Made by a program: the position numbers and the translations under genes
Part shown: in pieces, positions 37,901 to 50,100 of the stretch
Layout of the letters: every line of letters starts with the position of its first letter
Position numbering within the stretch: position 1 is the stretch's first letter
The notes under the pieces: generated by a model
The model's database searches: none
The model's input: the letters and a program-made list of their open reading frames with translations, nothing else
What the model was told of the DNA's origin: nothing
DNA from: Ascidiella aspersa
Lineage: Eukaryota
Reading direction: 5' to 3'
DNA length: 64,000 nucleotides
Assembly: GCA_963924565.1 (NCBI GenBank)
Contig: OZ004609.1
Coordinates: forward strand, 32,674,001 to 32,738,000

Positions 37901-40900
37901 ATTCCACTGGCTCGAGGAACCCCAGTGTAATAAACACACCTCAATTAGCGAAACAATTAAAAAATTGTGGAACCCTTTGCTGTAGTAGCGGAACCCTAAG
38001 GTTCCGCGGAACCCTGGTTGAAAACCACTGTTCTAGACCAACGATTTCGGCTGACGTATCAATAGTACATCAAAAGCCATCACAGATTAACCGAATCTGT
38101 CGATCAATGATGCACGGCAGGCCAGAAAAACAACTAGGTGCCTTCCACTAATAAAGTGTGGCAAGCATTGGCGTATGGTTGTTTCTCAACTCGCTCCTCT
38201 CAGAGCCTGTGTAGCTCAGTCGGTAGAGCGACGGTCCCGGTATGGCCGTAGGTGGTGAGTTCGAACCTTATTGCAAGCTAATTGATCTTCTAGCATGCCC
38301 TGCTTGCATCATTGATCGACAAATTTGGTGAGTCAGCGATGGTGTACTATAATACGTAAGCCGTAATCGTTGGTCGAAAATGAGCTTCCGAAAGGCTAGA
38401 TCGCAGTTGTTGCGTGCATATATTTCATACACATCTGTATATTAGTTTTATTTTTATTTTTGAGTTTGTTACGATTATAGACATAAGCATCTGCATGAAC
38501 ACCTATATGCACTGCGTATAGACTTGTAAGATAAACAATCCAACATTGCACCATTTCTAGACTAGTCATTTATAGATCATATATAAAAAATTGTTGATAT
38601 TATTGAAAGATTGGTTTTATTAAGAGGTTTACCCGACGTTTTCAAAAGTTTAATTTCAGAACACCTAATATGTTTCTTGATATCTATTTGCTGCACCACA
38701 ACAGGAAAGAATTTCCAAACTTAAAATAGGGGCGGGAAACAAACATCTTTCCAAACAAATCTCTATCGACCTCGTGCGGCAGGAAGTTGCCGGGAAGTTT
38801 CTCGAGCATCTCGTCGGCCATCTTAAAAACGACGCTCTCTCTCGTTTCGCCCGAGCCTCCGCTCGATTCCTTGGGCTGGATGCTCACGATTGTTCCCAGC
38901 GCCGCGTTGGCGAAGTTCGTCTGGAAGGGAACAATGAAGTTAAACGAGAACAACTCAAAGTGTTTGATTTTGCGAGACGCACTCGGTGAAAAATTTAGTG
39001 TGAAAAACAGTGTTAAAAGCTCAACAAATAACATGGTCCCAAGACTGTTCTTGCTTGCACGATAGTTCTGATTATGGCTACTGATTTCGGTAACAGCCTT
39101 TTCGAAGGCACTATGATTGTGTAATGCAATGTGGTGGTGAGTACGAATCCAGAAGCGCTTCGTGACAAACAATACACTGTGTATATAAATGTTTCCGTTT
39201 AAGAGTACTTGAATTTGACATTTTTCCTAGAAGCGCTTCATATCTTATACTGACAAATATACCCAAGTTTGCAGCAATGACAGTACTTTTAAACCCAGGT
39301 ATAATGCAATATAACTCCGGTTAAGTGCCAATAGGGTGCATCTTTAGATGAAAAAACGAAACAGCAATCCTTTTTTAATATATAAGAAGAAGGACAAAAG
39401 CTTTTTCATTTAATTAATATAAGCAATAGGCATATATATTTAGTGAAGTTATATTGACGTGTACCCAAAGAGAAACTAAACAGAAAATATATCCATTTAC
39501 ACAGGCAACGTTCAGTAAAATATTTAATAAAGCAAAAAGCTACAATCACTTATCTGGGACCCCAAGCTTTATGTCGAAGAAAATAAACAGATCCGCATTA
39601 AAAAAAAAAATTTATACTTATTTTTTTACCTGGTAAGTGATGTTTGCATTAGAGTGAAGCCCCATCACTTCGGGGGTATCAACAGGGGGCAGGTTATTGA
39701 TAAAGGTGTGGTACTCCTGTATGGTTTTGCCCTTGGGGATGCTGTAGCCTGAAGACGAACAAGAAATACTATTATTGCCTATTTTTCTCAGTCTTGGCGT
39801 AAATCGGCTTTCGGTAAATTGGATATGGTTTGTGCACATCGACTAATGATAGTTAAGATTGTTATTTTTTATATTAAAAACTGAAAAAAAGATTGACATC
39901 TTTTTTATCAAAAAAAAAAAAATTTACAATTTTTCTTATTGAAAACTGTTAAAGCTATACATCATCTATATTAAAAACGAAATAAATTGGGATACTTTAC
40001 ATAGAAAACTAATAAACATTGACATCCTTTACATTGAAAATAGATTTACATTGAAAATAGTTTGCCATCCTTTATAGTTTTTTATAAAACTGGTAAGCAT
40101 TCCTCATTTCGATTAAATACCTACAAGGTTTTCCCTTCGTAAAATTAGCCTACATTATGCTTTTTTCTGCTAGTCTAAAGGCGGACATAGAATGGCCAAA
40201 GTAGAAACGCGGGTCTAGTGAGTGAATACGCTGATTAGGCAATTAACGGAGCTTCACACACGAAACGCTTTAGTTGAAAACGGCTTTACAACCACTTACC
40301 TTTGTAAAAGCAGAACTTCTCGGCGAAGATGTGCTCGCCGAACCAGACCTTGCAGTAAGTATTGAGCAGATGCTTGTCCAGGTCGTCTGTGACACGACCG
40401 CCGAACTGAATCTCACCCAGCATGTAGCGTACAGTGTTCCAAGATACCCCCTTGGATAAGAAAGTAGTTCAATTAGCCTTTGTTGAAGTCATATTGGCTG
40501 ATTTAATTTTTAACAATTCTCACTGATAAACAGATTTTGTTGAATGTGATCGATTTCAAACAAAAATATGGTAAAAAGTAAATACATATAACGTGTTGCA
40601 ATCTAGAATATAAAGTAAGATATTATAGCATAAGAAATACGAAAATAAATGTTGGGTTAAAATCATTTCATACATTTGAAAGAATTATAATATACTAAAG
40701 AGTGCTGGGTCATCATCACATAAAGAGAAGTAACATTTACACCGTTTTAAAGTGTTGCTCGGTTTAAATAGTTAGTTCCATTTTTTATTAGAAGATAAAT
40801 TGAAGGTTGATAATAAATTGCAAAGCCAAAAAGGTCGAGTAAATCGACAGCATCTTGATTAAGACGTTTCGATACGAGTTTGTATCATCTTCAGTTAATA

Positions 40901-41072
40901 TTTGGCTTTGCAATTTATTATCAAGCTACTTTACAGACCCGTGCATAGTGTACCCAAATAAACTGAAGGTATTATTAAACACATATATATATATAGAGGA
41001 ATCAGGTGGCACTGTATAAAGACAAATTGTATTTGATTCTCGACAAGCTTTCGCACAACCGTGCTTCATCAG

Positions 41073-41108
<36 letters not shown>

Positions 41109-44100
41109 TCGTTACATATAGTAAGAGTGCTGATTATATTTTTTACTATTATGTTTTATCGATTTCAAACCTTTAGTGTTCCAGTGTGTACTGGTAGAGA
41201 AAAGAGCTATAAGAACAACTGGCTTGTAACTCAGAGGCAATATTACTTCCTCCCAATAAATTTAAGGAAAAACCCTTAACTTATACCTTCTTGATGTCGA
41301 GGTCGTCCAAGTGGTTCTGAATGAACTGAACGCTGGTGGTGAAGTCTGCCTGGTTGTACTCGTACGGGATGTTCCAGCCCAGGGGTCCAAACTTACGTCT
41401 TTCCTGTACAGTCGTGTATAGGAAGGCAACGTTGAAGAGAAGGGGCTTCCACTGCGGCATGTTCGAGATGTCAAGGAAATCCTGAATTTGACACAGAAGC
41501 AGGTTTTGACACATATCCCTGCTGTTGCGATTTGCTGGTTGGGTGTTTTTGGGGACTATCGCCTTTTTAATTGGACCAGGTGTCAGAATTTTAAAACACA
41601 CAGGAATGGTTTAGATACTTGGGCAACAAATATTTTCCATGAGCATTTTTCAGTTGAATAAAGCCCTAACGTTTATTTTTCCTTGGTGTTAGAATATTTC
41701 TTAAAATACAACTGTAAGGCAAATTCACTTTTCCCTACTCCTAAAAGCTTGTCAAAACATCGCCATTTCAGTTTTTTTTAAAGAAACCAATTTATAATAT
41801 GTGCATTTTAAGATTACTTATGACCCGGCCCTCCTGTAAATTTTCTTATTTTCATGCGACTCCTTGTTAAATTGAATTGCTCAATCCTGGATTTGATAGA
41901 ATGACTGGAAACGCTTGAGATCTTAAAATATCTTACATAAGCTATTTTCGACAGATTTCCGAATGGTGAAAAAGTGTAAATTGGTCAATATAGAAATAGT
42001 CATTTCCTAACATTGTATTTTTGGTTTCAAAACGCCTAAACAAGATGTCCGAGGTCGCGAGTTCGAATCTCAAGGTAAACTAGTTTTTCTAGTCTTTCCT
42101 TTATTTCATGAAATTAAATTTTGACAAAGAATTCAATTAAAAACTTTCCTTTTACAGCATTTATATGAGGTATTTGCTGTGCTGTTGTTGCAGACTTAAT
42201 CGATCCGAGTAATTCAATTCTCTTTCTACAGGCGAGTTCGAGGACACGAACGGGTGAGTTTGCTAAAGGAACGACGAGTTCACCTGAGTAAGAGCCGAGT
42301 AGGTCCTCTTCAATCCAGCTTTGAGTCCGGCCGGAGGTTCATTGGTGTACTTGATGGAGGACTGAAGGAGATTGATGGGGAACTTGGGATGCACTTCTGC
42401 GGTGATCCAGGTCCGGTACTGATCACTGATGCTCTCGTTCGTTTGAAGCTGAAGAGGAAAGAGGACTGGGATGAAATTCAGAGCAAGGAGGTATACAGCG
42501 AATGTCAAGTGGGCATTTATGAGTGGGATTGATAAAGGCAGTGTTGGCGACATTTTTCTTCGTGGAACACACTGTTACGATTTTTATGAATCGTTTTTTG
42601 TGTCATTACTTCTCTTTCTTTATTACTTTCTCCTACTGCAGAAAAAATAAGTTGTTGTATACGATATACTGTAAATTGCAGCATTTACGGCGTTCTATAT
42701 CAGACAGATGCTTGACAGTGGACAAATTGGGAATAAGACTGAAACGCACTACAAACTTGTGCTACACGTTATTATTATTCAGAGCCGCAATCTTGCGAAA
42801 TCAGTATCGGAGAAACCAATACATTCCCTCGTTAAAAAATGTACCGTTCGTAATATAAATCGCTCCTGTGTTTGCATATATTACAGGGTAATAATTTTTT
42901 GCCCCATCATCAAATCCGCCAACTCAAATATTTTAGAAACATTACAATGCGTCATATATGTATAAATATATATTGTATCGCTATCACTTTCGTTCACGAA
43001 ATATTTTTGCAGTTTTATAAACTTTTTGCGACACTATTGGATCGTAAATCATGGTTTAAATCCCTATGTTGTTAATTTGTTATCAGATCGGCACCGATAC
43101 TACCAAGGTATCGGACGAGTACCGATACAACAACTTTGCATCGGGTATTAATCCGATCCGATATTATCGGACGTCCCCAGTGTCAATCAACCTGTTCGAG
43201 CAGCTCATCCATGTATGCGAGACCGAGATGGCAGTTCTGCAGTAGAAGCCATCCACCGTCACCGAAACTCTGCTGCAGAAGACGACGAGCGTGCACCTCC
43301 TGACCCTGGCCCATTGAGATCGGACGACACGCTGGCGGGAAAGACAATAAAGACATTGTTTTTACTAATGTGACGTGATAATGGTTGAAATCGATTGAGA
43401 ATGTTTGGCTTTGAGATGATTTTAATTTGACCAGAAGGAAATGTGATGCAAAGTAAAACTCACAGTTTGTGGTTATTTACATGTTTAGCACAGTGGTTCT
43501 CAACCGGGGTGTCGCGTCACCCTGGGGTGCCATTTCTAATACTCAAGGGTGCCGAGAGATTGTTGGGAATCTTTAGGAATCTGATTTTTGCTCAACTCTT
43601 TTTTTCCTTTTTTAAGATAAGAGTGAAATAAATTCAATTATAACTTCCTACGTTGTGTAGAGTTGATGTGTGTTGTTTTTCCGTTTGTTGTGACATTCTA
43701 GTGAAATACGGAAAAATCTTATGGTGCCGCTAGACATGAAAGATTAAGGAACAAGTACTTGTTTTCAAAAAATAATTGCTTGCATAAAAACTTTTAGTTA
43801 TTCAGTTGGTTCGTTTGACATATCGAAGCTCACGGTTAACAGCTAAAAACACTCACGTATTCCCTTTGATCTTGCGAGCCGCTCGATGTTGTCGGTGGGA
43901 TCTGATCCCATTGTGAGGAAGCAGATCATGGGAGTTACCTTGTCGGACTCGATCACCATCTTCTCGTAGTCGAGGAGGACAGCCTCTGTGTACTTCTCGC
44001 CCATCGTGAACGCAATGAAGTGACGAGCCTGGAGGAAGCGGGAGTTAGGAGAAGCAAGAGGAAATTTAAATTTTAGAAATATACGAGTTTGTATTTGGGT

Positions 44101-47100
44101 GCACTATGCGCGGATCTGTGATTTAGCTTGACAATAAATTGAAAAGCCAAATGGTCGAGTAGATTGACATCATCTTGATTAAGACATTTCGATGTCTTAA
44201 CTTGTACTTAACTTGTACAAACTTGTATCATCTTCAGTTAATGTTAATTAAGCTGACGTCGATCAAGTCGACCTTTTGGCTTTGCAGTTCATTGTCAAGC
44301 TACATTAACAAGTTTCTAGATTAGAACATGGAGAAGTAACGAATTTTTACGAGTTGAATGACAATCTACTGTTTTTTCGAACCAAAACGTGATCCGATTC
44401 ATTATTACTTTGCTATGTATACGTATTTTACTTTGCATGTAGGAACTGATGATGCAAGTACAGGCGAAATATATAGTGCCTTAAAACTGTCTTAAAAAAC
44501 TGTCCTTTAAAACTGTCTTTCCTGGTTTTACTCGGGTTTCTAAACTTCGTAAAAAAAACGCGAGTACAAAACTTAGTAAGAATATCAAGCTCATACAGAA
44601 GTTGGTAGCATTTTGAACGTCTTTATTTATTTTTAATTTACCGAAAAAAGAAATAAAAATAAGTTGAAAATCAATAAAGATATCTTGGAAACGTTTAAAA
44701 TGATATCTACTTCTTGTAGGCTTTGATATTCTTACTACGTCTTACTACAACCTCTAGCCATTATGCGCAAGTCGAAAAATTTTCAAATAGTCTATAGTTA
44801 ACAAACTATGAGCAATAGCCAACCTGGGCGGTGATACGATCGGGACACCAAGCTCTGATGAGAAGGAGCTTCCTGAATGTGTCCAGGGAGGAGCTGTATC
44901 CCTCAGGGATGGTGGCCTCTTCGGGAGCGGCCTCATCAAACCAAGCCTTCCATCCCTATGAAGAGAGAAGCTTTAATATTGGCAATATCGACTATTTAAA
45001 GGCTGTTACGGGTATCATATTTAAAGTGGTTTTGGTGGTTTGTTCTTTTATAATTTAGAACAAACAAGGATTACTGTATGACGGATACACACACATATTG
45101 TGTTCAACAACTGCTATCTAGCCCTTCTGAAGCTGCTTTTTGACCAACGGTTACGGCTTACGTATTATAGTACATAGAAAGCCATCGCTGACTAACCCGA
45201 TCCGAATCATCGTTGATCGACAGATTCGGTTAGTCTGCGATGGCTTTCGGTGTGCTTAGGATCACTGTAGTTTGAACTGCTTTGCGTTAAGCGGTTGATT
45301 TAAAACCTAGACATTTCGCTGTTTTATTTCATGAGATCATGAAAAAAATGCCCATTTCATCTTTATAAGAAGATAAAAACTTAACCGAAAAAATAATTTC
45401 TGGAGTTGAACATCTATAATTTTTAGACCTAAATTCGATATATTTTTACTACCTTTCTGGCGTAAAGGAATAAAAAGACGAAAAAAGTGTACAAGACTGT
45501 AATAGCATAGCGCAGGCGTTTGGGTGACAAAAAATGTAATGCTGGTCTAATTGAAATTTACTTTCCTATTCATTTACAATGGCAAACCTAATGTTTTCAA
45601 AGGTGCTCACCTTGTCGTTTCTGCTGATCTGGTTGAGAAGTTGTCCAAACTGTGGGAGTTTGCTGAGTTGCACCAGGTTGAGCCAGGTCATGTCCAAAAT
45701 CCACTTCTTCGGCTTCGGTTCAACGGCATTCAAGTCTAAGCTGGCGCCACCTAGAAAAGGAAATTACCAGAAAATGAGAACATTTTTTGACATACTGGCT
45801 GGCTAATGAAAAATATATTCTATTTTACTGGCTTTTCCCAGGAAAAATAATTGCTTTCTTAGGTTATTATCGTAGTAACTTGTTAGGGAGGGTGCGTATA
45901 GGTCAGATAAAAATGTTAAAATTAAAAGATTCTATGATTTATTACACTTAAGTTTAAACAAGTCTACATCAAATTCTGTTTGATAAACGCCCTTTTGAAA
46001 AAAACCTTAAAAAGAAACAAAAAATACCAGCTTGGGTTTCATTCATGTAGTCTATTCTAATGTAGGTATTATTTTGCAATATTACAAACTAAAACTGTGA
46101 TAACCCACTCAAACCCGTACAATTTCAGCTAGGCCCTTACCCTTAATGAATGTCTGAAACTCGGTGTGCGTTATCTGTCCGATGTTGAGGGCGATCTTTA
46201 GTGTAAGGAGGAGGACATAGAGGAACTTGTGCTCCTCGTAGAGTCCACGGGTCGTGAACCTGCATCCGGAAGACACGTTCGGTTACCACGGTAACGAGTA
46301 ACGACAAAGGGGTTTATAACATGGGAATAAGTCAGAGTACAGCAGGGGTTCTTAAACTTTTTGCCGCGGATCCCTAATTTCTTTTTGCTTTGCGTTGACC
46401 ACGGTAGGCCAGACATTTTCAAAAATGACGTCATAAATTTATGTCACAGTACAAATAGACTTTCAGAAAAACGCTGATGATTTAAGTAAAAATGAGTCTA
46501 AATACATTCAGTGTTAAAACGTTTTTTTTTCTAATCAAACCCTTTTTTGAAATCTTAAATAAACACCAATATTTCAATTGGCCGTACAGGCATGTTCGAG
46601 AAGTCAAATATGGAACAACAACACATTACGACCCAGAAAATGGCGGCAAAGTGAAACTTGGAAAATCTTCTTTATGTAGCAATGGTCAAATCGGGAATAT
46701 ATAACAACACATTTTGATTTTTTGTGATACAGAAGGGTGTTCTTTTAGCAGGATGTTCTTGAATTAAATCAAAATTATTTGACCTAGTTTGCTTCTATCA
46801 ACCTTATGAAAGCCCTAGAAATGAGTTAAACACGTCGCCTTAGATTAATTATAATTATCTAAGTCACACACTGGACTGCAGCTGTGTAAATACGTCATCA
46901 TGCACTAGAGTTTTTAGAGGGCCACAGATTTTACAACGGTCCCGTTATATTGCAGCTACCAGATTTCTAAAACTATAAAAAAATTTCACCGGTCAAGCCT
47001 GCACCAACCTGAACACGTCGAAAGTCAGGTAGTCGATGATGTTGTGGATTCGCTTGCTTGGGATCGGGGATTTGGCCGAGCGAGCCAGGGCCAAGTCGAA

Positions 47101-50100
47101 CAATTGCAGGAACTGACGGAGGGAAGTCTGGAAAAATAGAAAAATTAATATCAAAAATTTGTTGGATAAAGTGATGCAAGTTATACTTGTAAAAACAACG
47201 ACACGGACATCTTATTTAGCAAACGAGTATTTTTGTTAGGCGCCTTCACCCAAATTATCAATAAATGTACGATGTCTACTGAAATATTACTTTTTCTTAT
47301 TATCCTAGCTTGTTTAATACCGGTGTTTTTTTAATAAAGTTTTGCAATGTCTTTTAAATTCTCGGTATCTGGCACTAAATTAATTTAAAAGAGGAAAACC
47401 GTCACTACCCAATAACAACATAATAAAATTAACTAGAGTATAGCAAAATGTATAAAGATTAGTTGACTTGTTTCGCTTTAATCATTTTGAATATATTTTA
47501 TGTCGGTTTAGGACATAATATTTAAACTGTCGAACAACACTTCGATAAACTAAAGCTATCCTGCCAAAAAAATCATAATAGGTTACATGCACGGATCTGT
47601 AATGTAGCTTGATAATGAATAGCAAAGCCAAAAACGTCGAGTAGATCGACATCATCTTGATTAAGACGTTTTCGATACGAGCTTGATTTCTCGTTTTGGC
47701 TTTGCAACTCTTTATCAAAAATCATATGATTTTTCGACAAGCTACTTTATCGCCCACCTGGTACATTACGTTCACCAAGCTCATTTCGACGATGAGGAAG
47801 TAGAGGATGGATCCTCTTGTAGCCACAGGTCGGAACTCCTCCCGAGCTGTGTTGATCTTTACTTCGGTCTCGGCAGCGATCGTCAGTTTTTCACTCACCT
47901 CTTCAGCTGTCACCTTGGTCGTCTGGGGGCGCGCGAGAGAGATTTTTTTATTAAATGTGGGGTAGCGCCTTTGGTGTTAAGGTTATGGCCTTGCGGCTTG
48001 TTTAATGCGAGTTTCGAAAAATAGCTTTGCAGATCGTGGTAAATACATATTAAAATGACATTAGCATTGATGACTTCAAATACATCGGAAAATTCCAACG
48101 TGTGACGTCACAAAAAAAACATTTAGGACGTCATACGTTGCTAAGCGATCAACAACTATTTTGGCATCTTTTAAACTTATTTATTATTATTGATAGATCA
48201 TCAGAAATTATGATTTACTAAACTTTAACGTTTTATGTTACCGATTATTTGAACATAACTATTCTGTTGCCAGCATAAACAGGATATTTTATATTGATCC
48301 TATTGCCAAGGGTTCTCCAAGAAATATGGGTCATATGTTTGCCTTTATAAAAGTTCTATTCGTCAAAAAATTAAAAGGTAATTTTTGTAGGACTTCCTAA
48401 TTCTTAAGGTATGTCAAAAACATTTAACCTCGCCTGATTAGAAAAAGTAAGAATATAACCTGGAGTGTGACCAAGCAAGTGATATAGAGTTTCATGGAAC
48501 AAAGCACCACACATAATAAGACGAAATGCAAGTAAACGCCCTCATATTTACGATTGGCTAACCTACAACTAGGCCTAATGTTTTATTGCTTTAAACACAA
48601 AAGATTCTTTAACGTTACCTTGAGCACTTCGATGAGTGACTCATCCTCCACCAACGATCCTTCTGTGGATGTAAGTCGGTAGAGGAGGTTGTCTTCCAAC
48701 TCCTGCATCTTCCTCTTGTTGGCCGTCACCTCCTCCATCAGCGCCACTCGCTCCGACTCCAGCTCCTAATTTGCGAAGAGAAACGAGGCTTATGTCATGG
48801 GATCCAGTGTTAGGTTTGAATGTAAACACCACGGACAGCGTATTGTGACGTCACAGGAAATCGAACATTGGAGGTTTGTATTACTATTGTCATTTAATAG
48901 ACATTTGCTTGAGTTTGCATTAAAATATAGCCCATCTATGTATGATAGTCAATGTTATCAATGTAAAATGCTTTCTGAACTGTAGAATTGGAATTGATTT
49001 GCTTATAATATTGCTATGGGAGATTATTTCGTGGAAAAACTACGCTAGCTGATATTGCTCAAAATAAATGTTGACCTCGAATTATGAGTTAGGTTTTAAT
49101 TCGAAAACCGAAATACCCATCGACGTATACAACAAACAGATCTATACTGTCATATCATACTTTTTGTTAAAGTTTATAACAGCATTACTGGCCAACTTAA
49201 AATGTTACGACTGTATCCGATTTTTAATTTTTAAGTACGGATTCATTTCAACGCTAAAGTCCGTTTCATTGCCACACCAAATCAAAACACACTGTAAAAT
49301 GGTAAAAGAACATCAAAATAATGCTGCTCTCAAAAAAAGACCCCATAAAAACGTTTTCTCACTTGTTTCTCAGTAAGGATGACGCGGCCCAAAAGTTGAT
49401 CCTCGAGCCCCTTAATTGTGACTGTGAAGTCAATGATGGAGGTCCTAGCGTAGATCTCGGGTGTGTAGACCGGGTTGGCCAGCTTAGTTGTGATGTACAG
49501 CTTAAAGCCCTTCATAACGTCAACCTCCTTGTCGCCTACTTTCACCTGTACAATAAAGAAAGGGGAAATTTTACGGTGTTGTTTTTAAGGGTGAAAATGT
49601 GGAATGTTTATCAAGGAAAATTTACGGAAAATTGATATATAATGTAACAAACTGCAATTACAAAAGAAATTACGAGCAAAAACGAGTAGTTTTTTTTATT
49701 TCTTATTAATAAAATATAAGTAGTTTAATTGAGATATATGGATGGATAAGTAGTTTTCAAACGAGAAACAAACCTTAGGTTGTTTTAAATTATAGGGGGA
49801 ATATTCTTTTGCAAAAAAATTTTGATGTATTTAACAACTTTAAATCATGTTTGTGTTCGTGGAAAATTTTAAGTTACATATAAAAACATTGTTCGGCAGG
49901 CCTATGTTGTTTTATAAACCAAATAAAATCGTAGTTGCATTTAACAACACGATTTCGCAGGTTTTACGATAGGTTTACCCAGGGTTTTTTTTAAGGTTTG
50001 GTTTGGGTGACCGCTAAGTAGTTTTAAGAGACGGAAGTGTTTCATTTAAATAACAAAAAGTTGCAAGTCCAAAATTTGGGAAACCGCTGCAGAAATTGGG

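Larger units (their letters stand above)
37770..38412. mobile_element. Long foldback element with a tRNA-like (Pol III A/B box) core
   Basis: The left arm (~37770-37808 plus 38039-38115) is the reverse complement of ~38303-38412. A related hairpin lies at ~45105-45250. Confidence 0.7.

Noticed and set aside
38205-38272. Functional tRNA gene
   Set aside because: A and B boxes are present, but the acceptor and anticodon stems do not form and there is no oligo-T terminator. Treated as SINE-like.
44440-44480. Possible extra hammerhead CTGATGA-T-GCAAGTACAGGC-GAAATATA
   Set aside because: Stem II has only 2 bp and stem I does not pair. At best a decayed relic.
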